A stretch of 64,000 bases of DNA, taken from Octopus sinensis. Its lineage: Eukaryota. Location: contig NC_043005.1 in the NCBI RefSeq assembly GCF_006345805.1, positions 73,098,001 to 73,162,000 of the forward strand, given 5' to 3'. The notes below the pieces were generated by a model. That model searched no databases and was not told where the DNA came from. It saw only the letters and a program-made list of their open reading frames with translations. Below are positions 27,002-37,198 of the stretch, in pieces; within the stretch, counting starts at the first letter, position 1; every line of letters begins with the position of its first letter. The position numbers were made by a program, and so were the translations under genes.

Positions 27002-27697
27002 TTGAAACCTTTCCTTACCCACATCAAAAGTTTCATTAGGGATGATCTGGACATGCTCAAACACCTCCCGAAAACAGTTAACGAGGAGGCACTCCTGGTA
27101 TCCTTTGATGTCATCAACCTCTACACCAACATTCCACACGAGTATGGTATAGAGGCAATTGACTTCTGGCTAGAAAAACACCCAGAGACATTCCCTGACC
27201 GCATTAACAAGTCTTTTATTACAGAATCTCTTAAGTTCATTCTGACAAACAATTTTTTTCTCTTCGACGACACACACTACCGTCAAAAATGTGGCATTGC
27301 GATGGGTACCAAGGCTGCACCAGTCCTTGCGAACCTCATAATGGGTTACTTCGAACTGTCACTCTATGAAATATCAAGCCAGAAATTTGGACATGTTTTC
27401 CACACCTACCTAATGGAAAACTGGAAAAGGTATTTAGATGATTGTTTCATCATATGGAAAGAACCTTATGAAAAACTCCTGGAATTCAAAACCATACTAA
27501 ACAACATACATCCCAACATCCAATTCACTATGGAATTAAGCAAACATCATCTCCCATTCCTTGATCTCCTAATTATAAAAACACCTAAGAACCAAATCAT
27601 AACAGACATCTACCACAAACCTACAGACTCACAACAATACCTCCTCTTTAGTTCATGCCACCCAAAACACACCAAGACAATATCCCTTTCAATTTAG
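27002..27697 (+). pseudogene. PLE reverse transcriptase (N-terminally truncated, ends at a frameshift)
   Basis: PLE RT motifs LVSFDVINLYTNIP, QKCGIAMGTKAAPVLANLIMG, WKRYLDDCF, HPNIQFTME..LPFLDLLI..TDIYHKPT..CHPKHTK. Confidence 0.92.
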
Positions 27698-28500
27698 CTA
27701 AAAGGGTATGCACCATTGTCTCGGATCCAAAAACACGAGAAATACGCCTTCAAGACCTCAAAAAAACACTATTACAACGTCAATATCCCTCCACCCTTAT
27801 AGAGTATGGAATAAAACGCGCCAAAGAACTAGACAACACTACACTGAAAACCACCCAACCTAACACCACACACAACCTCAAAATACTTCCATACATTTCC
27901 ACCCACAACCCCAAAAATATCGAAGCATACACCACAATCATACAAAACCTCAGTCTACTGTCAACAGACCCAAAAATGAAAAACATTATAAATACACACA
28001 AAATCCTCAAATGCAAAAGGCAACACAAATCTTTAAAAAAATTCTTGACAAATGCCAAACTTCACACACCACATCCACACCCAACAGTAAAAAAATGTGC
28101 ACGCTCAAACTGTGGTACCTGCCCCTTTCTACTTGAAGGCTCTGAATTTACCTTCAAACAAGGTACGAAGTTTAAAATCAAGACTAACTTCTCCTGTTCC
28201 TCCGAGAACCTTATCTACGTTCTCACATGCGCTGGTTGCCAACATAATTATGTTGGACAAACGAGTCTCCCGTTACGTAAACGAGTAACGGTGCATAAAG
28301 AACAAATAAATCTCCCGGAATACCGACAAATTCCACTGAGTGACCACTTAGACTCATGTGCTAAAGACTTAAACCCCAAATTCTATATATTCCCCTTCTA
28401 CCAACGTAAAGACGGGATCACCACACAGGAGAGAATTAACAAGGAGAATCTCTTTATTGAAAAATTCCAAACACAACTTAATATGCAAACTCCTCGTTGA
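27655..28500 (+). pseudogene. PLE thumb/linker plus GIY-YIG endonuclease (continues the RT frame after a 1-nt frameshift near 27677)
   Basis: NIPFNLAKRVCTIVSD, Cys linker CARSNCGTC, GIY-YIG-type NLIYVLTCAGCQHNYVGQTSLPLRKRVTVH. Adding one A in accaagac would fuse HTK to DNIPFNLAKR. Confidence 0.92.
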
Positions 28501-28869
28501 TCAAACTTCCTTTCTCTACCTCACTCTTCATGGATGGACTAACACAAATATATAAAGATACCATGCATTCATCACTTCAAGCTAAAACATATATTCTTTA
28601 AATATCATTTTTACTATTGTTGTTATTACTATCATTTTTATTATAAATGATATGACAATTTGAAATGCAATTGTCTATGCAGATTTATATTATTAGAAAA
28701 TAATATAAATAAAGTGTTAAAATCTGAAAGTTAAGTTAACAAGCAATTATATAAAAAAGATAACGCAAATGAAGCTAAAATGATAGTTTTATAATTTGGG
28801 TTTTATTGAAGAACTCAAAAGAGTTGTCTCCCCTTACCCACAACACAGGAACTGAAGAACCAGGACCAC

Positions 28870-29100
28870 AATTACTACTACTTCCTGTCCTGCAACATGC
28901 TGAATTTAACAACACAACACATCACATGTTCTTAATCCCTTTGGATCTTAACTTCTTAAAACATAAATATTCTTGACAAGTCATACAATGACGAAAACCG
29001 GTTGAATAAATATATATTTATATATTTTATCATTTTCTCATTTTATTAAAATTTTCTTTCATTTGAGCATTCTGCATTTTTAAAAAAATTTTTCCTTACT
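28870..29100 (+). repeat. Right terminal arm of the PLE
   Basis: aattactactacttcc...tttccttact matches the reverse complement of the left arm with few mismatches. Confidence 0.9.
28968..29008 (+). ncRNA. Minimal type I hammerhead ribozyme-like motif (U3-A8 core variant)
   Basis: tattc-TTGACAA-gtca(tacaa)tgac-GAAA-accggt-t-gaata: 5-bp stem I, 4-bp stem II, palindromic stem III region. Confidence 0.55.
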
Positions 29101-29244
29101 ACATATATATATATATATACACACACATAAATACATATTTAGAATAATAAGGTAGTCCTAATCATGGATGAATATATATGTTTTTATTTATATACCTCTT
29201 ATTTACATCTTATATATGTGTATGTGTATATTTATTCTTATATT

Positions 29245-29659
29245 CTCTTATTTTTTATTTGTTTCAATCATGCCACTGTAGGCATGCTGGAGCACCCCCT
29301 TTAGTCGAACAAATCGACCCTAGGACTTATATTTGGAAGCCTAGTACTTAATCTATGGGTCTCTTTTGCCGAACCACTAAGTTGCGGGGACGTAAACTCA
29401 CGAACATCGGTTTTCAAGTGATGGTGGAGTAACAAACAGAGACGCACAAATACAGACACACACACACACACACACATACACACACACACACAGACGCGGG
29501 AGTAAGTGCGTGGTGAGAAGCTTGCTTCCCAGCCACATGGTTCCGGATTCAATCCCACTATGTGGCAACTTGGGCAAGTGTCTTCTACTGTAGCCTCGAG
29601 TTGACCAAAGCCTTGTAAGTGGATTTGGTAGACGGAAACTGAAAATAGCCCATCGTATG

Positions 29660-29691
<32 letters not shown>

Positions 29692-29890
29692 CTTTTCTGT
29701 TTTGCCCCCAGCATTGCTTGACAAGTGATGCTGGTGTGTTTACGTCCCCACAACCTAGCGGTTCAGTAAAAGTGAACGATAGAATAAATACTAGGCTAAC
29801 TAAGAATAAGTTCTGGGGTTGATTTGCCCGACTAAATGTGGTGCTCTAGCAGAGCTGCAATCAAATGACTGAAACAAACAAAAGAAAAAG
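29245..29890. mobile_element. SINE family B composite: minus-strand 3' half (29245-29460) followed by a full plus-strand copy (29494-29890)
   Basis: Direct sequence match to family B halves in both orientations. Confidence 0.8.
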
Positions 29891-29923
29891 AATAAGAGTA
29901 TATATATATAAATATATATATAT

Positions 29924-29992
<69 letters not shown>

Positions 29993-30000
29993 CATATATG

Positions 30001-30045
<45 letters not shown>

Positions 30046-30125
30046 ATATATATATACATATATACATACATACATACATACATATATATATAAATATATA
30101 TATATATATGTATATATATTCGTAT
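29890..30125. repeat. (TA)n-rich microsatellite
   Basis: Read directly from the sequence. Confidence 0.97.
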
Positions 30126-30488
30126 ATATAAACTCTTCTAAATTTAGTACATACACTTCTTTACTCGATATCGCGAAACCGCTAGAACGATACATCTATT
30201 TACACAGCTAAGGGCATATATTAATTCATATATACAGCCAAAGGTATGTATAAATATTACACAAATATCTCAACTAAAAATTTAGTAAAAAGAAACAAAC
30301 AAATAAACGAGAATCCATACATGTCAGATATGGGAGAAAATGGAATAAATGCTAGATTAAAAAGCGAAGATTCATGAAAAGTCAAAGCATATATCACGAC
30401 GGTGACCTTTAACAAGTTTTCATATTTAGATCATGTTACATTCATGTGTACATATATATGTATGCGTGTATATATTTAAATATATATA

Positions 30489-30990
30489 TGTTATGTAAGT
30501 ATTCCGATTACGCCAGAAGTGCCTAAAGTTGGGTTGTCTCATTGTTATAAGAAACTGTGAGTGATTGGCAGTTCTTGATGGTAGCAGTTCACTGTGAGCC
30601 TTTCACGTGTGTCGTGTATATACTTTCTTTCCCCATTCCTGCTTCGTTATATCATATATCTAATATAAGAATATAAATGTGGCGACGAGTTGTTTGAAAC
30701 TTGCGTTTGACATTTAAATTCTTTTTTGGTATAAAAACAAAGAAAAAAATTCATTTAACATGGTGATCTTATTTGTCACCGTGGTGCAGTTGCAACCACA
30801 ACATCAGCAGTTATAGCAGCAATTGCAGCAGAAACAGCTACAGCAACAGAACCAATAGTTGCTGGAACTAATGTTGAAGGGGTCTGAAAACACTTCAGGT
30901 TCGTACTCGCCAGACAGGCGTAACATATTCAATTGAAGAAGTCAGCTCTAAACTAGAAAAAGTACTACCTTCTCTGAATATTTTATTCCC
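30489..30990 (+). mobile_element. Decayed Ty3/Gypsy (Mag-like) 5' end: LTR remnant, PBS and start of gag
   Basis: TGTTATGT start; PBS TGGCGACGAG at 30680-30689; then a Gln-rich stretch with stops and SYSPD/GVTYSIEEVS, resembling the N-terminus of Mag/K02A2.6-like gag. Confidence 0.6.
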
Positions 30991-31071
30991 CCTATTTCGT
31001 TATATTATATATCCAATACAAAGGTATAAAATATAATCTACATATATATATATATATATATATTTACGTAT

Positions 31072-31119
<48 letters not shown>

Positions 31120-31150
31120 GTGTATAAGTTCAGTAAAAATTTATATTCAG

Positions 31151-31317
31151 TTGAATATGGTACTTAAGTTAAAGGCACCAGAATTTGGTATGGCATTATC
31201 CATATAATTCAAAATGGGGTGATTATATGGATAATAACATTATAATCACCCCATTTTGAATTATATGGATAATACCATACCAAATTCTGGTGCCTTTAAC
31301 TTGAGTACCATTTTCAA
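31151..31317. repeat. Near-perfect inverted repeat, 77-bp arms, 13-nt loop
   Basis: Arms 31151-31227 and 31241-31317 differ at 3 positions. Confidence 0.95.
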
Positions 31318-31551
31318 TCTGCTGCATTACCTTTGGATATCCATGTTGCTTATTTTGATTATATATATGCATACTCACACATACACAAACACTCGATAAG
31401 CGCAAATCAATCCAACTGCCAAATCTATTCCCGAGGATAGGCATCACGTTTTAAAGCTTTAAGTTTCACGGAATTTGAATCAAGCTATTTTGATCCATAC
31501 ATGTACCTCCCAATAGATCTGTTGAGTGCCTTTCATTCGTTTGCACACTCC

Positions 31552-31584
<33 letters not shown>

Positions 31585-31592
<8 letters not shown>

Positions 31593-31760
31593 TTTTTCTT
31601 CCATCTTCCTTTTCTATTGGATTTTGTTCTGAAGACGATCTTTGCTCGAAACGTAACACCACCTATCTTTCCTTCCCTGAGCGTCTGCTAATTCTTTGCA
31701 TGTACCACGTCCTCGCGTTGTTCTTTTTTATTTTGTGCTTGTTCTTCGTTTTTGGGATTT
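31585..31760 (+). mobile_element. Short hammerhead-bearing repeat flanked by (TA)n
   Basis: Shares the ribozyme-like motif, a pyrimidine tract and ccacgtcctcgc with the minus-strand copy at 32604-32800. Confidence 0.55.
31625..31658 (+). ncRNA. Minimal hammerhead-like motif in a short TA-embedded repeat
   Basis: tgtt-CTGAAGA-c-gatc(ttt)gctc-GAAAC-GTA-aca; ACGT palindrome. Confidence 0.5.
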
Positions 31761-31868
31761 ATATATATATATATATACATATACATACACAATCATACAA
31801 TGAAACAAGACATGTCTTTTATACTTATACATACACACGCAGACACGCAGACACGCAGACACACAGGA

Positions 31869-31904
<36 letters not shown>

Positions 31905-32350
31905 GCACACACACACCTACATATCTACACATACATGCAGTCACATAAAATCGATCACGTTGCATTGGTGTTCAGACCTATAAAACTTATATATTTAATA
32001 CACGTTTAGCAACAAAATCTTTGTATCCACCACTTCGTTGGAATCTTGCTCGTGGCAAAATCTACTTTAGTTTCTATTTATATTCTCTAGAAATTTTTTC
32101 ATCTTTTCTCTACAAGGCTTGATTTGTTCCCCTTCGAAAGAATGAAGAAACTTTTCTTGATGCTATCATCTCTTGTTGCCTGCATTTATATTTTTGTTTA
32201 TGACAGTTCATTGTCCGTTATATATTATTAGTGTGTGTGTGTGTGTGTGTGTGTTTATCTTTTACTACGTTTCAGTCACTAGAGTGCTATCAAACTTGGC
32301 ATCACCTTCAAGTATTTTATTCTATATAGATATATTCATATGTACATACA

Positions 32351-32390
<40 letters not shown>

Positions 32391-32397
32391 TACCTGT

Positions 32398-32524
<127 letters not shown>

Positions 32525-32539
32525 CTCTATCTATCTATC

Positions 32540-32585
<46 letters not shown>

Positions 32586-32603
32586 ATCTCTCTATATATA
32601 TAT

Positions 32604-32797
32604 AAAGTTAATCCAAACAAGAAAGCACAAAAAACACAACAATGCGAGGACGTGGAACAAATATAGTATTATTCAACACTCAGGAAAGAAGGAGGGTTTA
32701 ACGTTTCGTGCGGAGCTCTTCGTCGGAAACATAGGAGAAGGAAAGATCCAGAGAAGGGAGGACAGAGGGGGAAAAATCGCCAACGGTACATACGAGG

Positions 32798-32800
<3 letters not shown>
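32604..32800 (-). mobile_element. Short hammerhead-bearing repeat flanked by (TA)n, inverted relative to 31585-31760
   Basis: Reverse complement aligns by eye to 31585-31760, including ccacgtcctcgc. Confidence 0.55.
32696..32730 (-). ncRNA. Minimal hammerhead-like motif in a short TA-embedded repeat
   Basis: Reverse complement reads gttt-CCGACGA-a-gagc(tcc)gcac-GAAAC-GTT-aaac. Confidence 0.55.
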
Positions 32801-32845
<45 letters not shown>

Positions 32846-32896
32846 CGTTTCTGTCAGCTCGCCGCCTTCTTGCAAAGTAATATTTAATATTTTCAG

Positions 32897-33349
32897 TAAT
32901 GAAAAATTAAATTATACCATTTAGAAAACTTACATATTAATAGAAAGATTAATTATAAGATAAATCATATAACGATGATTAAGTAACGTGCAAAGTAATA
33001 AATATAACGTATATATTTGGTAGAATAACGACACGTGTTTCGTGACTATATTTAAGAAATGATAATTGTAAAAATAATAGTAGTAGTAGTAAAATCACTA
33101 CAATATAAATATAGCCACTCTTCAGGTTAAAGATAACAATAATGATAAAATAATTAATTAGATAAATTAATAAATATACGTAAATAATCTTGTAATATAC
33201 GAAATATCTTAACACGTATCGCTATTCTACCAAATATATACGTTTTATTTATTATTTTGCACATTGCTTAATCATCGTTATTCGTTTTATCTTATATTTA
33301 ATATTTCTATATGTAATTTTTCTAAATGGTACTATTTAATTTTTCATTA
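32897..33349. repeat. AT-rich foldback element with ~150-bp imperfect arms
   Basis: taatgaaaaattaaa..ccatttagaaaa..ataacgatgattaag..cgtatatatttggtagaata is mirrored on the right. Confidence 0.8.
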
Positions 33350-33384
33350 TCGAATTGATAAAAGGTGTTTTTTCTAATTTATAT

Positions 33385-33517
33385 CTCTTACTCTTTTATT
33401 CTTTTACTTGTTTCAGTCATTTGACTGCGGCCATGCTCGAGCACCGCCTTTAGTCGAGCAAATCGACCCCGGGACCTATTCTTTGTAAGCCCAGTACTTA
33501 TTCTATCGGTCTCTTTT
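33385..33517 (-). mobile_element. SINE family B 3' fragment
   Basis: ttcagtcatttgactgcggccatgctcgagcaccgcctttagtcgagc..., cut off by the foldback at 33523. Confidence 0.8.
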
Positions 33518-33522
33518 AATAA

Positions 33523-33700
33523 TTCAGTAAAGAAAGAAGTTATTCACGCCTTATAGAAGACATATACTATAAAAAACCTTTTTTTAAATCAATAAAGTAC
33601 AATTACTATTTACTATTTATTGTACTTTATTGATTTAAAATAAGTTATTTTTTATAGTATATGTTTTCTATATGCGTGAATGACATCTTTCTCTATTGAA
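33523..33700. repeat. Foldback with ~80-bp imperfect arms and a ~15-nt loop
   Basis: ..catatactataaaaaa..ttaaatcaataaagtacaat versus attgtactttattgatttaa..ttttttatagtatatg. Confidence 0.85.
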
Positions 33701-33727
33701 ATGTTTAATAGTGGCTTTTCTCTGAAT

Positions 33728-33819
<92 letters not shown>

Positions 33820-33902
33820 AGAGAGAGAAGCAACGTTCTTACCATACGGCCACGCCTGCGCCTACACACACACACATACACACACACATATATATATATA
33901 TA

Positions 33903-34100
33903 AAGGCGCAGGCGTAGCTGTCTCAACCACATGCTTCAGGTTTCCATCCCACTGCGTGGCATCTTCGGCAGGTGTCTTTTACAATAACTTCGAGCCGAAC
34001 AAAGCCTTTTGAGTGGATTTCGTAAATGAAACTGAAAGTCCGTCGGCGGCTGGTGTGTTTATGGGCGCGCAACTTAGTGGTTCGGAAAAGGATAAAAGAT
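33903..34100 (+). mobile_element. SINE family B, internally deleted
   Basis: Head ggcgcaggcgtagctg and CORE-like part, then jumps to the 3' half. Confidence 0.7.
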
Positions 34101-34305
34101 ACAAGTAAACATATATACATTAATAATATCATTTTCGCGCCACCAGGGTATGAATGAATTTATTTTCGATTTTTTCTACTATATTTTGCTTTTTCCTTTC
34201 TTGCTTTGTATTTTCTAGTTTAATGTATCTATCGCTTCCTACATATTCAATAGTTCATAAATATTGTTTCCCACATATTCAACTACTTAGAAATATTAAA
34301 GATAC

Positions 34306-34472
34306 ATAGGCGCAGGAGTGTCTGTGTGGTAACTAGCTTGCTTACCAACTACATGGCTCCGGGTTCAGTCCCACCGCGTGGCAACTTGGGCAAGTGTCTT
34401 CTAGTATATGGCTTCGGGACGACCAAAACCTTGTGAGTGGATCTGGTAGACGGAAACTGAAAAAAGCCCATC

Positions 34473-34514
<42 letters not shown>

Positions 34515-34710
34515 GTGTCCCTCCAACATCGCTTGACAAGCGATGCTGATGTGTTTACATCCTCACCACTTAGCGGTTCGGCAAGAGAGCCGATAGAATA
34601 ATTACTAGGCTTACAAAGAAAATTTCTGGGATCGAGTTGTTCGACTAAAGGCGATGCTCCAGCATTGCCGCAGTCAAATGACTGAAACAAACAATAGAAC
34701 AAAAGAATAC
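34306..34710 (+). mobile_element. SINE family B, full length
   Basis: ataggcgcaggagtgtctgtgtggtaa...(TA)n...ctccagcattgccgcagtcaaatgactgaaac. Confidence 0.88.
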
Positions 34711-35555
34711 CATAGTGAAATCTCAAGACCAATAAAGGGAATCAAGAGGTTCTAACGAAGAAATATATTTGTATGCAGTGAGAATTTTGCCTCCAAAACC
34801 ATATGTTCTAATGCTCAGGCAGACGCACATAAACACGTACACACACAGAGTGATACGCACGCGAACACACAAACACACAGGTAGCGTACATTATAGAATA
34901 CCACAATCATTGTTATGCAATCTATGGATGGTTTCAGGTATGAAGCAGACATTATGTGGGCTTGCGGATTGCCAGTAGCTGTCAGATTTAACTGAACAGC
35001 AGACGAAATATTCTAGATTGTTATTCTGGGAAGACTTGTAGAAGAGGTAAAATTACAACAAAATCACTTCATTATGAATAGCAATTATGAATAGCAATTA
35101 TAAAGTAACTATAATGATTCGTCTCTGCACTTAATCGCTTAGGCTAAATAAATCGATGGTATTACTTGAGCAAAAGTATTCATATTAATATTATAAACAT
35201 ATTGATTCAAAGTACAAGTAAGAGAGGTTAAAGGATAATCTGATATTGATATAAGTAAACGAAAAGAAGAATAAAATGTACCAGCCAAGGGAATGCAAAA
35301 TTTATCAGTTAAGCTTAGAACCTGCAACAATAATTTTGAAAGGAACAGTTCTTACCTTACATGCAATCAAGCAAATGCCGTTCCTTTACTTATGGTAAGG
35401 ATTACGTACAGTCGCATATCTGACAAGCATCATAATAACTTTTACATACAGATTAAACGATCAAATCGTTTATATCATGCTTTGTCTCAGTGATAGATGG
35501 TGTATACCCCGGCCAGGTCTGGAGATATACGATTATCTGAGGAGTTTTTAAGGCA

Positions 35556-35820
35556 CAGGTGGAGGCGCGTGGTTTAGGGGTTAGGGTGTTAGCATCATGA
35601 TCGTAAGATTGTGGTTTCGATTCCTGGACCGGGCGACGCGTTGTGTTCTTGAGCAAAGCACTTCATTTCACTTTGCTCCAGTCCACTCAGCTGGCAAAAA
35701 TGAGTAACGCTGCGATAGACTGGCGTCCCGTCCAGCTGGGGAACACATACGCCATAGAAACCGGGAAACCGGGCCCATGAGCCTGGATAGGCTTTAAAAG
35801 TGCGCATTTGTTTATTTATT
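35556..35820 (+). mobile_element. SINE family D (tRNA-like head, V-SINE-like central motif) with TSD
   Basis: ctgcgatagactggcgtcccgtccag resembles the V-domain motif; TSD tttttaaggca at 35545-35555 and 35821-35831. Confidence 0.85.
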
Positions 35821-36814
35821 TTTTTAAGGCATAGTATATAAAGTACTACATTATTCACTGCGACATTCGTTTATTAATTCTGTTGTGAGTGAAATGTGAA
35901 AGGACTATAATTTATTACTGCGGACTGTATCAATAATAATTTAATGACGATGCGTTAAGCACACAAACTGATCGCTTTGGTTGTTTAGTTATTGTAATTC
36001 AATTTTTAGATAATTCTTTTTTTGATTAAGTTTTGATGAAATTTTGTTCCTTCAGATGCAGGTGAAAAAATAGTGAAAGATTAATTGTTTATATCCAGGG
36101 AAGGATTTTATCCTTAAATATATCTCGCCTCAACTGCATGACCATAAAATATACAATATATCTATGAATGTAACCTGAAAGTTTCCAGCGCCACATCGTT
36201 ATGAAGTAAACAAAGGAATTTACACTTGGACTATCTGCCAAAATTTGATGTCTTATTTTGGATAGTAATGAGTCTTAACAAAGTAAAGGTAAATTTTCAT
36301 TGACTCAAATAGCTTATTAAAGTAAATGTACTTCATTATGATAAGGAATGACTAGTTTTAAGACAAGGCTAGAGTCACTCGGAGGACCTCGAGAGAATTC
36401 TTGATTAGGTTTGTATTGCTCTCAAGCAGACGGCATATAAATCCCTTTTAAGATTAAATGTCAGTCTGTTTCAAGTTACAAACGTAGAAGAGTTTTTATT
36501 TGTGTCATGTGATGAAATGAGCGTCAATAGATGAAATGTTGTTCCCAGAAGCACAGCAAATGCATTCATATTTAAACATGATCAATTTTTCAATAAATCA
36601 CTCACTTGGTTATTTCATTTCCATTTAAAGAAAACACACACAGAAAGGAAAGAACAAAGACAATATGTTTGACGGGGATACATTGTAGGACTGAAGTTTG
36701 TCTATAGTCCACCGCTAAGAAAGTATCATTCATAAATCCAGAACCATCCATGATATCAGCATTCCAACAAATCAGGAATGATATGTTTAAAGGAATTGAT
36801 CCCGTATAAAATAT

Positions 36815-37198
36815 GGATGGAAGCACTCCGTCGGTTACGACGACGAGGGTTCCGGTTGATCCGATCAACGGAACAGCCTGCTCGTGAAGTTAACGTGTAA
36901 GTGGCTGAGCACTCCACAGACACGTGTACCCTTAACGTAGTTCTCGGGGAAATTCAGCGTGACACAGAAAGTGACAAGGCCGGCCCTTTGAAATACTGGT
37001 ACAACAGAAACAGGAAGTAAGAGTGAGAGAAAGTTATGGTGAAAGAGTACAGCAGGGATCACCACTATCCCTGCCGGAGCCTCGTGGAGCTTTAGGTGTT
37101 TTCGCTCAATAAACACTCACAACGCCCGGTCTGGGAATCGAAACCGCGATCCTACGACCGCGAGTCCGCTGCCCTAACCACTGGGCCATTGCGCCTCC
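36815..37198 (-). mobile_element. SINE family C with an 11-bp TSD
   Basis: Close match to 24574-24958; TSD gtataaaatat at 36804-36814 and 37199-37209. Confidence 0.92.

Larger units (their letters stand above)
26606..29100 (+). mobile_element. Penelope-like retroelement (PLE), 5'-truncated, with inverted terminal arms
   Basis: RT + GIY-YIG coding region at 27002-28500, AT-rich 3' region, flanked by inverted repeats 26606-27001 and 28870-29100. Confidence 0.9.

Noticed and set aside
28806-28826. ttgaaga-actc(aaaa)gagt in the PLE 3' region as a hammerhead
   Set aside because: No GAAA or stem III follows; at most a truncated relic.
36602-36814. Minus-strand ORF vaguely like an L1/Tx1 RT (DIMD..FLAVDYRQ)
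   Set aside because: Similarity too weak by eye, and the ORF start lies inside a SINE.
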